64,000 nt of DNA, from assembly GCA_036867785.1 (NCBI GenBank), contig CP145416.1, forward strand, positions 868,001 to 932,000. Direction: 5' to 3'. How positions within the stretch are numbered: position 1 is the stretch's first letter; each line of letters opens with the position of its first letter. Both the position numbers and the translations under genes were made by a program. The stretch comes from Plasmodiophora brassicae (taxonomy: Eukaryota). The notes under the pieces were generated by a model. That model was not told where the DNA came from. It did no database searches and saw only the letters and a program-made list of their open reading frames with translations. Shown piece after piece: positions 44,692-56,608 of the stretch.

Positions 44692-46626
44692 TCATGCACC
44701 AGATGCGACACAGCTGCCGCCGCCCCCGCCGCAACGCTGGCGGAGAAGCCGTTCAATATCTGGATATTCGAACGACTGGGGAAGTTCTGATGCAGCCGCC
44801 AGTACCTCAGTCGCACTGGGACGCCTTGATGGGTCAGGATTGAGCATGGACATGATCAACTCGGAAAGCGCCTAAAGACCGTCAGAATACAAAGCGGTTG
44901 TGGTTCTCATATCCCTCCTCACCGTAGCGCAATCCAGGTATTGACTCGCACTGTGACCATCTCTCAGGGACTGCCAGGCCGGGCCAGCACTGGGCAGGTC
45001 AAGCTGAGCAGTAAGCTCTAAGGCCAACAGGCCTAATGAGAAAATGTCGGCAGCCGCAGAGACCTGCTGAATATCAGATCAAGTAGTTGTGGGGTAATAT
45101 TTCATGCTCGGTCAGTTACCTGCGACGGCGTTCCTTGCAACAGCTCCGGAGCAACATATCTGCTGTCGCCCTCATGTACATCTTGATCACTGGCGAGACT
45201 GGAGTTCGCGATGTGGCACTAATCGTCACATCAGAAAAGGCCAATTGAGATATCCGATCCGACTTCTTACTTGACCAAAGTCTCCGATCTTCAGTGTACC
45301 GTCTCGAGTCACGAGGATGTTGTCAGGTTTGATGCTATGGATACGATCAGTGATATATACAAACTATTGACCACTGCACGTACTCAAGGTGGAAGACTTG
45401 GCACTGGTGAATGTGGACCAATCCAGCAGCAATCTGCACTATGCAGCGCGCAATAAAGCCTGCCGAACTCGAATCAGATCTGCAGTGATTTGATTTTGAC
45501 GCAGAAGCAATACCGGTGTCAAACATCTGATTGTCACCGCCAGATATGCTGTCGAGCAAGTCGGATAGGCTGCACTCGCAAAGACCAGTCTGGATGATCA
45601 AATGACCTATCATTTTGATCAGCACACGTAGGTCCATACTGGTATGCAACGGCGGGACGGTCACTATACCTTCTTCTTGCCAGGCTCGGTAGTATTCCAC
45701 TACGTTTGGATGCGGAGGAATAAGCTTCAGTGCATGTACCTCACGAAGATACGACTCTCTATGTACGTCGATATTAGATCTGCATAGTCGGTGGAGGGTG
45801 ACGCAAACGTGCCAACCTATCATTTTTTCCTCGGAACGGCTTCTTGGATCTCTTCAGCGCGTATGGGCGTTCGTCTAGCGTACTAATCGCGCGATACACC
45901 TGCGTCAGACGGTCTCAGATTGCAAACCCGCTTCAGAACCGGAGACCTGTGCTTACCTGATAGAAATGCCCATCGCCGCAAATATGCTTGTCTTTGAAAT
46001 CTTTCAGAAACACTTCCCGGGAGCCTTTTTCTACTGTCGGCGCGTCGTCAATCTGCATCTCTTCGTAGAGAGATGTCAACGCTGTCGTCGACCACAATGC
46101 AGCACGATGGCGATTAATTGGCGTGAGACTCTGGGCTGGAGGACGCTTCCTGTTCCATCGTCAGCGGCACCGTCATTCAATACACTGCCGGGAATACCTC
46201 TGCTGCTGTGGCGTCTTCTTGAACACGCGGTCCTTGTCGAAAGCGGTCAGGTCGGGAGACAGCAGCAGCGTCTTCTCAGAAATGCGTTGTGGCGTCTCGG
46301 GCGACAAAAGCGGCTGGCATGGCATGCGCCGTACGCGCGCTGCACGGGCCTGGTCATTTTCCGTTGATGTGCAGACGGGCGTTATAAATTCTGCACAGAC
46401 AGGTTAACACTGGGCAATGCATCACCTCTACGGCGTCCACCAGACCTATGTCATCTAGAATGGGCAGGCGCGGCGTTTGCGGATGCGGGATTTCGTCATC
46501 CTGGAACGTTAACCGCACGCCGAACGACGCGTTCGGCATGGGCGACTCCAGCGCAACGCGTTTCGACCCGAGATGCGGCGTGCCGTTCGCGGCGGGCTTC
46601 ATCGCGGACATATGATGCAATTCCAT
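44692..46626 (-). CDS. Wee1/Myt1-family kinase, multi-exon
   Basis: PYALKRS, HPNVVEYYRAWQE, LIIQTGLC, FHLDIKPDNILV..LKIGDFG, EGDSRYVAPELL and ADIFSLG. Confidence 0.88.
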
Positions 46627-47566
46627 CGCGTCCGAAAACGGTTTCTTGGACCAGCACGACGACCGCGGTCTGTAACTGGCGGCCGGTCACGGCGGTTGTC
46701 GACCGTCCCCTCGCGACAACAGCACTCCCCTTCAATATGCAATGGGAGGACCCGATGGTCCGACCGACGCGGCAGTGAAGCTAAAAATAACCGCACAGTG
46801 ACAGTCGGGGAAGGCGGACGGCAGGGACCGCTCCTCGTCGCCACTGCCCCGCAGCAACAGACACAACAACTTGAGGGCATATCGGAGCTCTTCGTGTCAC
46901 GTATGCATTTCGTGAACGAAGGCTTCATACGTGAACCAAGCTATTGTGAATAATTATACATGCAAGGCTGGGGCGGGTGATATAATCATTTGGTGGTTAA
47001 TAGGCATGCGAGGCGATCTGATCCTACCAGTCAACAGCCGGCGCCGAGCAGTGTCCCAGCCCCCCTGCCATCGTTGTCGAGCGACGACCGACGCGACTGA
47101 TCTGACGCCACGCGAGAGCGCCGGGTTCAAATTTCGAGAAATACCGTCCGTCCGCAAAGGAGGACAGGGGGGTGGAGCCGTGGGTGGAGGACAGAATCCC
47201 CGGCCGGCCGTGCGGCGCTCGTGAAAACGGCCGCCGCCAAAAATCCCCTCCCTCTCGCCCAGTGCCCGCCGATACTGTGCAGGTCATAACTCATACGAAG
47301 CGATTCGTTATGTTGCAATAACAGTACATAAAGTTGAGTAAGCAACAAGGCTTGCCTGACGAAGATTCTGTCGAGCTTTCAAGGTACATCGCAGTACATG
47401 CAGTGCATTAAATTGATAAGTGTACCAGTCCTAATGTTAGGCTCATATCTAGACTTGCAGTTTAGCAGCGTGCATTGGGTCATTGGAGCTGCGAACAGGC
47501 CTGGGACTCGGTTGCCGAGATCGGGCTAAACTGAACTACGGAGTTGCGGACTTGACCGTTGCAGAA

Positions 47567-48297
47567 ATGACTGATGCTCAGCTGGAGGCCCAGACGAGCC
47601 CTGCCGCAGCCGTCGACAATGCCGACGTGCCCGGAAACGCAACGAGCTCAGGCGTAGACGGGTCGGCTGCCGCTGTGCCGTCGGAGGATCTGCCGTTGCA
47701 GGAACCGTGGACGCTGTGGTACGATGCGCCGAGCAAGACGAAGCCTGTTGTCTGGGGCGAATCTCTCGTCCAAGTCCACACGTTCGACAGCATCGGTGGG
47801 TTCTGGTCCCTGTTCAATAACCTGGTTCCACCGTAAGATTCTATAGACAATGCTTTTATTACAATACGAAATTGATGGGCTTCTGTGGTAGGTCGCGGTT
47901 GACGCAGGGATCATACTACCATGTGTTTCGAGCGGGAACGAAGCCTGAATGGGAAGACGCTCGCAACGAGGCTGGCGGAAAGTGGGTTCTTTCGGTACAG
48001 AGACAGATGGTGCAGAAGCTAAACGAGATCTGGCTACACACTGTGATGGCGATGATTGGCGAGAACTTCAACGAGTACAGCGATCACATTTGCGGTGCTG
48101 TGATCAGTGTTCGCCCGCAGAAGGACCGTATCGCATTGTGGACGAAGACGGCCAGTGACGAGGCTGCCGTGATTGCTATCGGAAAGCAATGGAAGTCGTT
48201 GCTGAACTTGGGCGACGGGTTTCGTATCACGTACCAGGCCCATAAGGAGTCCATGAAGACCAACAAGAACCGAGGAGGGTCATTATACGAATGCTGA
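47567..48297 (+). CDS. EIF4E: Translation initiation factor eIF4E (1 intron)
   Basis: WTLWYD..W..FWSLFNN, KPEWEDARNEAGGKW, WLHTVMAMIGENF, ICGAVISVR..DRIALWT. Confidence 0.95.
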
Positions 48298-48371
48298 TGA
48301 CCTCCACTGGCAATCATGTTCCCCATGTGTCTCTAAAATCCAATGGAAATCGTCCCATATCATCGTTGTGT

Positions 48372-49019
48372 TTACTTGACAGTGAATTCTTCAGGACTAT
48401 CGTGCAGCAACTCAGCCATCAACTGCTTAGCCTCATCATACGATTCAGCGTGTGGGCATGGACCGTCCATTGTTATACGATGCCTCCCGTCAACAACGTC
48501 CTGTACAAGTCGCTTAGAACAGCAAAGGTGCACTGAACGATGGACAAGACAACCTCGCCATTGTACAGTCGATTCATCACTTCAACTTCTGAATTCCGGG
48601 GATGCGTATTCGGCAGAAGAAGCGCAAAAGCCCTGCAGACGGGTACCAACGTTAGCTTGCAAAGCGTCGCGATACGACCAGGGATACATTAGCTGCCCGC
48701 GGATGCTGCCTTCGTCCAATGTTGTCTCGAAGGCCTGTTGAAACCCATCCTCGAACTGCGACTGTAGATCGGCCTGGTCGACAGAATCGCTTGCAATGTC
48801 AAGCCCTTCGACGAAGCCAATCTTCAGATGCCGTCGCCTCAAAGACCGAAACGTGCGCCCTGCAACGGCCATCTCTCCGACCCGCTCCAGAATTGCAGCC
48901 GTGCACCCACGAATTCGTCGACAGGTTGCATGCAGAGCAAGGACAGCATCGTACCCTCCATACGCCGCTACAGTCTCGAGCAGCGCCGGCACAGTCAGAA
49001 GGTCGTGCAGTTCGACCAT
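48372..49019 (-). CDS. Yae1-like protein with an F-box-like N-terminal segment (multi-exon)
   Basis: HLKIGFVEGL..LQSQFEDGFQQAF..GSIRGQL resembles Yae1_N; N-terminus LLTVPALLETVAAY..LALHATCRRIR. Confidence 0.5.
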
Positions 49020-49124
49020 TCTTGGCACGGTGTCCGCGTCGGACTGCGCGCGACGAATCCCGGGTCAGGTCGATGCAGATTGCAGTTGCACACAGCAGCA
49101 CACCGCACGATGCGTTTATCAGTA

Positions 49125-50306
49125 TCACAGGTTGATGGCGTCAGCTTTCTGGATGACGTCCTTCGATCGCTTCTTTTCCCTGTCGTGCTCGGAGCGGCTG
49201 TGCAGCGAACGCGGTTTAACGAGGCTGGCTGATTGGATCTCCTTCATGGACACTGGGCTGGTGTACGAGTCGTCGGGCTTGGGTTCGGCGAGAGGTCCCC
49301 AGTCAACTCGAGCAAACATCGACTTGGAGCTACTGCTGGCTGGTTCTTGGCCCCATTCTTTCTCCAGGGCGGCAAGGGCTCGGTCGTTCTTAACGCGCTC
49401 GTAGTGCTTGTAGTACATGAAGGCAGAAACCAAGATCGCAAGCAGGAGCAGAGCGGCAAGACTCAACCACCTACGTGACAATTGAGCCCTTGCATTCAAT
49501 ACTTGATGTGATTTGTGTCTTACACGGCGAGATGGTTGTCACTTTCTGATTTGCTAGGAGCACTGTTGCCACCCGTCTGCAACAGATATTCGTATCCCGG
49601 AGGCGCTGAGCATGCGACAACCAGGGACGGATCGTCGCTTGTTACGACAGATACGTCAGATAAGCTGATCTCTGCCTGCGGTAAAACAGCAACGGCTAGA
49701 CCCTCTTGTCCGCCCTGGGGATGGGCATAGTCCAACAAGACGTTCCCTTGGTAGTAATGCATTGGTGATTCGACAGTCATCTGTGCCCGCGTGTTAGATT
49801 CCAGATCGGGCTTGGCCTGTTTACACCCACCTGAAGAGTTCCAGGCCTTAGCGCTACCTGTACAATCGGCATGAGCATAATCGGGCACCGGCCCTGTCAA
49901 CAAAGAGACATTACCGTGAGACGAGTCCAGTTAGACGCCAGGGCACTCGTCCCACTCTGCAAGGTTTCGTCATCTAACGCAGCGACCACCTGGACTCTAA
50001 CTCAGGATACAGTTACCAGATTCGGAGCGACATACTGACATGGCCAGAAGTATCAACGGAGATGTTGGCCTTGCCAACCTTCAGGATCGTGATATTGTTC
50101 GAGCGAGCGTTGCCATTGACCTCGATCCACGCCGACAACGACACGGTCGAAAACGGGTCGATGTTAACCAGGAAGTCGTAAGGTTTGCTTGAAGGACGCA
50201 CCGTCCCATTGATCAGTGACGTCCCCTGCTGACATGTCGCAGCATCATGCGCCGACGTATGCGATACCACCAGTAGAACAAACGCGACCAAGCATTGGAC
50301 CGCCAT
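49125..50306 (-). CDS. Type I membrane glycoprotein of unknown function (multi-exon)
   Basis: Signal MAVQCLVAFVLLVVSHTSA; several NxS/T sites; TM WLSLAALLLLAILVSAFMYY. Confidence 0.65.
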
Positions 50307-50629
50307 TGCGCCTTGGCGATGCCCCAATCTGCTGGCGACGGATGGCGTGTGCCCCTAGAATCACCAACAGGAATATCCAACTGAATGACGTCGTGAATGA
50401 ACGCCGCTCTACAGGAGATACTGCCCGCCGGAGTGTCCCCACTGCTCAGTCTTATCGGCGTCGCGCACAGAGCTACAATTCCGCTGTTCTGTCGTTACAA
50501 GTCCCTATCGTCACGCATGACGCGTTTTTCCTGGGAGGGTTGACGCGGCAGCTGGTTACACTGGTTGCCGGTTGGCAGTTCGATCATGTGCAGCTCGGTG
50601 CCGCATAAGTTTATTGGGTGTGGGTGGAG

Positions 50630-51111
50630 ATGGTCGCGGGCGGGAACACGTTCGACTTCGAGGTCGCAGGCGACAGCGACGACGCGGGTGAACCAGGCGA
50701 TTGGCGTCTGTATCCACGCCGGCTTGACTTTGATCGTGTCGGTGATGCTGTTGCACCGTCAGTGATGACGGTCGTTCCACAGCGTCGGTTCCGTTGGAAG
50801 ACTCTGGTCGTGCTTCTGACTGGGCGCGATAACCAGTTGACGAGAACGGCGTGCGCGTGTACGTGGAATTCGAGTTACGGAGGCAGAAACGGTCGAGGAA
50901 GGTGCAACGGTCGCTCATGGACGAGATGATGGCGTGTGCACCCGAAGGGCTGATCAGCGATGACCCGGCCGAAGAAGGGGGAGGTGGCGGACCTGTTGCC
51001 CTGCCTGATGACGTATCGGAGGTTTCGTTCCCTTGCGTCGCACCTGATCATTTGCCTGACAACGACACCATCTTCGAGACACCATCCTATTCTACCTGCA
51101 TCGTTTGCTGA
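50630..51111 (+). CDS. Small hypothetical protein ending in CaaX (CIVC)
   Basis: Two ORF pieces probably joined by an intron; C-terminus YSTCIVC*. Confidence 0.4.
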
Positions 51112-51332
51112 TCAGAGAGCCCGTTGACTTTCGCATAGATTTGCAATGAACCTCACCCGCTCCACTTCAATGGTACTGCAAGAGTCGGAGCAGTTGACTC
51201 ATGCATGTGCCTGTGTCTCAGGTGGGATTCTTGACATGTCGGTGTCACACTGGCTGATACAGCGCCCCCTTGTCACTGGAGCCGTATCCATCCATTGCAC
51301 TGTTCAATTTTGCCTACAATCGATTAACCGCC

Positions 51333-52861
51333 ATGGGGGCACGCTTAGCCCAATCTGCTGTCGTGGCGATGGTTGCCATGCTTGCCCTATCATGCCAAGC
51401 TCAGTCCAACGGCGCCAACCTTGGCGCTCGCAAAGAAATCAACTCAATGACGGCCGACGAAATCAACGCGTTCCGGGCCGCCGTCCAGGCTCTGTACGAC
51501 TCTGGCGATTGGGTTACGATCGCCAGCGATCATGGCGTGCCGAATGCGTACTGCCCACATGGATCGCTGAAATTCCTACCTTGGCATCGTCGGTTTATTG
51601 CGCGAATGGAGACGGCTCTGGGAGTCCCGCTGCCATTCTGGGACTGGACCAAAAGCGGGATCCCGCAAGCGTGCCAGGATCAGACCTACACGGACGCCAA
51701 CGGCAACCAACTGCCGAACCCGCTATTTGCTGGCCCCATGGCAGGTGGAGGCATGACGACGCGCGCTCCTGTTGCGGTCTGGCCCGTCGAGTCACTTCAG
51801 AACCAGGAACAGATGGCAATGTCCCAGACCGATTGGAAGGATGTGTCCAACACGATCGAAGGCGCGCACAACGACGTACACGGTGGGATTGGCGGCTCAA
51901 GTAAGGTTTCGATATGCCTTGGTTCCCGGCTGGTACTGACAGCGATCCAGTGAACGAACTCGATTATTCGGCGTTCGACCCCATCTTCTGGATGCACCAC
52001 AATAACGTCGACCGTATCTGGTTCCGATGGCAGGTCCAGAATCAGTTCGCAAAGTACCCGGAGGAGGCGACTGGCCCAATGCAAGACTCCCTCGGCAGCT
52101 TCACGGGTACGACCTGGATCCACGACCTGTCAGGATGGACGCGCAACTCGGACTCCAGCCAGGCCGTCAAGAACGAACAACCGATCATGAACCCGGACGG
52201 AACGATCACGTCTAAGTCCGGCAGGACGAGCAGGCGTCACGGTCGCAACCGCGCCGAGCTCGGTATCTTTGGTGGACCGCCCCTTCCCAATTTCAGCGTT
52301 CTCCAAGCAGGGGCTACGTTCTTACCGAAGAGCGCCGCCGTCGCAAGTGTTCCGGTGCCTCCTCACCATGCGGTCAACCACATGACGTCGGCCGCTTCGA
52401 ATAAGTCGACGAACGCGACAATGGCTTTCGCCAGTCGCTTCATCGCCAACGAGACCGACCTGACGCCGTCAACCATCCAGGTACCGATCATGCTGGAGAA
52501 GAGCGTTCATCTGGACCCGGCAACCCGAACGAGCTCCGAGATGCCCGGGTACCAGCCGCGGCCGCGCGTTGTCATGGTCCTGAAGAGCGTGCCGGCGTCG
52601 CGCGATCCACTTCGCATCGACATCTTCATGAAGGAAGTGAACATCGGATGGGCGTTCGTCTTCGGCATGGGCAACGTCGGCATGATCCACTTCGTCACAG
52701 ACCGACCCGTCGACATAACGAACCCGTACCACCAAGTCCTCAACGCGTGCGACATGAAAGACGTCCCAGCGCAGATGCGCTTCGTCCAGACCAACGTCAG
52801 GACCGGCGAATCGAAAGAGATCCCGCCCTACCAGATGAGCGTCGAGCCGATGCTCTTCTAA
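51333..52861 (+). CDS. Secreted tyrosinase/polyphenol oxidase; intron 51901-51950
   Basis: Signal peptide; CuA DHG..YCPHGSLKFLPWHR; CuB EGAHNDVHGGIGGSM..SAFDPIFWMHHNNVDRIW. Confidence 0.93.
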
Positions 52862-53129
52862 GCGTCGCATGCCGTGAACCAGTATTCAACCAAGTACGAA
52901 TATAAAGTGCGAACACCCGAGTCTCCCTAAAGCCAGAGACTGGACTGCGATTTTGGGGCGACAGTGATTCGTCGTCGCAGGCGATGTGAGGGGCGGCTTC
53001 AGTCGTGGGGTCTATTTTCGCGCCCCGCCATCGTCGCCTGTCCTCAATTAGCCGACGGTGCGCGTTGGTCGTCTGCGCACCGGCCGGCGGCGTCTCCCGG
53101 GCTGCGATTCATGACACGACGAATCTGAT

Positions 53130-54493
53130 ATGTGCAATTTGCTTTGGTACGGTGCGATCCAGGGCAGCCGCTGGAGTTCTGAGGAACGCGTGTAGTTGCT
53201 TCGGGTTCCTGACGTGCCTTGGGTGTCGGGATCGTGTCGCGCGGACCCTCCTGTTCTTCCCGCCAGAGACGGGATACCATATGGTGATCTTGTAGATTGT
53301 ACTGGGTTACCCCATTGCCTCTGAGCCATGCTTCTGCCTTAAAGGATTTCGAAGGGCAAACTATGTGTCTCATTAATTCAAAAGGCGAGCCGACCTCTCC
53401 TCTGCATGATCCATCGGTGGAACTGAAAACGCTACGAGTGGGCAAGAACAAGATTGCCACGTTCTTCATCAGGCACCCGAAATCAAGGTGACAATATTAC
53501 GTACCATCTTAGTGTTTTAGTCGGACTGAGTATCGCCTGTACAGGTTCACGATTCTCTTCTCTCATGGCAATGCGGTCGGCTATGCCCATCATCGTGGTT
53601 TGTTCCCATGCAGTTAGACTGACCGCCGCCTACAGACAGATCTGGGTTACATGAGGGATCACTTGGTCGATATGTCGAGTCAGCTACAGGTCAATCTCTT
53701 TGCATATGACTTCTGCGGGTCAGGACGATTCTAGCGCCCCTGATCTCTGGTCGTGCTACTAATCGCATCACCAGATACGGGGAAAGCACTGGGTTGCCTT
53801 CCGTTGCATCTCTCAATGCTGAGATCAGGGTCTGCTTTGATCACCTGACGAATGAGCTGAAGATCCCTCGACCTTCGATTGTTGTTTATGGGCAATCCTT
53901 GGGTGAGTTGTCATAACTGAAGAGGTCTTACGCGGCTGTTCATTTCTACGAATCCCATCAGGTACTGCGCCTACTGTTGCCCTGGCGTCACAAGCTGGCG
54001 ATGTTGCAGGTGTAATTCTGCACTCGCCTCTGCTGTCGGCGTTGAGAGTAATTCGACCAGTAAAGAAGACGCATTGGTTTGACATTCTCAGGTTGGTCGG
54101 TTTCGTTCCGTCATTGCAGTGTTGCTGACTGTGGGACAGAAACGTAGATCTAATCGAACAAGTCAAAGCGCCAATACTGATTGTACCGCCAATGATCCCC
54201 AAACGTATTCTCCCGTGTGGCTCAACTGCAGTTTACAGGTTCATGGCGATGAAGACGAGGAAGTCCCCGTACTACACGCCAAAGTAACGATATACGAAGC
54301 ATATCGCCTAGCGTTGCTGACGTTATGTCTGTCTCAGACGCTCCACGAGATGTCGCATCAGCGCTACCCGGCCTGGTTCGTTGAAGGCGCTGGCCACAAC
54401 AACATTGAGGTCGAATACCGGGGTCAATACTTTGACTGCCTGAGTAAGTTCCTCTCCTTCCTCGAATCCGAACTCGCCTGTAATAAAATTTAA
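53130..54493 (+). CDS. ABHD17: ABHD17-like alpha/beta hydrolase (depalmitoylase), multi-exon
   Basis: Cys-rich N-terminus MCNLLCCFGFLTCLGC..LLFFPP; FSHGNA; YGQSLG; HGDEDE; GAGHNNIE. Confidence 0.88.
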
Positions 54494-54808
54494 CTATTCC
54501 CTTTCAAGCCAGGTAGCACATCACGACGACGGTTACTTTAGTACTTTATACGAATCGGATCGCAACGACGTCATGTGACAGCCGCTCTACAGTACTGACG
54601 CCATGGGCGACTCCTGTCCATTCAAACCACTGCGTTCCGACACAGTTCGTTTCACATGACGCGCCTGCCAGAGGCTCGCCAGACCAAGCCTACCCGGAAT
54701 ACGTTTCAGCAGGACTTTACGAGCGCGTAACCCCACCGCAGATCACGCAGGTGTTAACACCAATGGTGTAAGGGTGGCACTGGTCGAGGACACATCGACC
54801 TGGGGACT

Positions 54809-56360
54809 TTATACGGCGGCAGGTTGTTGTTCTGCCTTTACGGGCGGCTGACCCTCTTTGTCTTGAGCGCGCTGTTGCTTGCCCTGGCGTGACCGTCTCG
54901 GATTAGGCTGATTCGGTTGGGGCTTATTTGCAGAGCCCTCTGGGCCGGAGGACTCCTCTCCACGAGGACGCTGTCCCCCACCGCGACGACGTCCAGGTTT
55001 CGGACCTGTCCGCTGTGATTGTTGCTGGTGTTGCCCATCCGACTTCTTGGCATCAGCAGCAGTCGACTCTCCAGCAGGCTCGCCGTTCGGAGCAGCGTTG
55101 TACGGGACGGGTCGCATGCCTGTTTCGACCTGAAGGTGGTGCAGCTGCTTCTGGACTTCTTCCTGCTCCCGCTGGTACTTCTCGAACTGCGACCGATACG
55201 CCAGGTGCGACTCGATCAGCATCTTGGCGTTGCTGACCGAGTCCCTCGTCCCGAATATCGTCACCGTCCCGTCCTGCACTTTGATGCGGTTCGCTTTCGA
55301 CGACGCTTCAATGTGCTGGATGACACGCCCATTCTTGCCGATCACCCAGGCGACGGCATCGGGTGTTAGCTGGATCGATTCCTGCAGGAACTCCAGCTCG
55401 TGCCTGGCAGCCGCAGCGGCTTGGGGGCTCTCGGCCAGGATCCGAATCTTGCCCGTTTCCGCATCGATCTGCACATTCATGATGCCGGGCATCTGCTGGA
55501 CGCGCTGGACTCGCGACCCCTTCGCGCCGATCGCATAGCCGATAGTACTGAGATCGACAGTAAACTCCTCGACATGCCCAGTGGTGACCTTCTCCTGGGC
55601 CTTGGCCAGCTCCGCCCGGTACTGCTCCGTCTTGTTCCGGATCACCTGAAGCTCCGTCAGGTGCTGAACGTGCAGGTCGATCAGCAGTTTGGCTTTGTTC
55701 AGGCAGGTCTCCGTCCCGACGACAATGATCTTGTGCGCCGGCCCGTCGTACGTAATCGCGATGACGCCCGTATCGGCTCGGATGTTGGGCAGCGTCGACG
55801 TGATCGGGCCCGCTGAGACACTGCGAAGGATGGCGGGCAGCGTGAGCTCGACCCTCTGGATCGGGCGCAGGTCGATGCTGGGCGACTTGTTCGCTGGGCG
55901 GATGTGCTCGAGGTCGATGATGTCGTCGCAGTCGTCGCCAAACCCAGCGAATCGCACAAGCGCAACCTGAAATGATCATTCAATCAGCTGCCGCGCCGGA
56001 ACACTGGACGCGATAACGTCATTACGTTCGCTTTCGTGGATTTGATGACGGCGGGCCACCAGCCCCAGGGTTCGTCTTCGGCACCCTGGGCGAGGACTTC
56101 GACCTCCATTCCAGGTTCGTATTTAGGCGGCGACGTTAACTCCTCGGGGACGTAGCGGACCTTGTCGGCCGGCACCCAGAGCGTTTTCCACCCGTCCTCG
56201 AACTCAGTTAGGACCTTACCGAGCTTGATATCACGAATAGTCGCCTGGCGGCACCCGGGTCAGGATGGACACAGCCGGCGGAGCGCACTGCGGCGCGTAC
56301 CTTGAAGTAGGCGCCCGTCTCGGGGTCGTTCGCCTCATAACGGGCATCGCTGGTCGCCAT
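54809..56360 (-). CDS. FMRP/FXR-like RNA-binding protein (2 Agenet + KH0 + KH1 + KH2 + RG-rich tail)
   Basis: TGAYFKATIRDI..EFEDGW; EVEV..EPWGWWPAVIK; IGYAIGAKGSRVQ; ARHELEF..WVIGKNGRVIQ..GTRDSVSNAKMLIESHLAY. Confidence 0.85.
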
Positions 56361-56608
56361 GTGACGCGCCGGCCGACTCGCAACGCCAACGACCACCACC
56401 GCCACCGGTCCGTCGGGTTTGGCCGCGGGGCGCAACTCCGTGGCGCACCACACACATTGGGCCAAACAGGTGAGGAGGTGAACCGATCCATCGCGGCTGG
56501 CGCGCCAAAAACCGTCCGCCCCCCGCGACAACAGGCAACACGGGCCAGCCTGACTGGCGCGCCGGCCGCCGCGTATTACCCACAGCTGCCCATATAGCAC
56601 AAATATTA

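Noticed and set aside
47356-47385. Hammerhead-like CTGACGA in the AT-richer Wee1-eIF4E intergenic region
   Set aside because: The required GAAA after stem II is absent and there are no convincing flanking stems.
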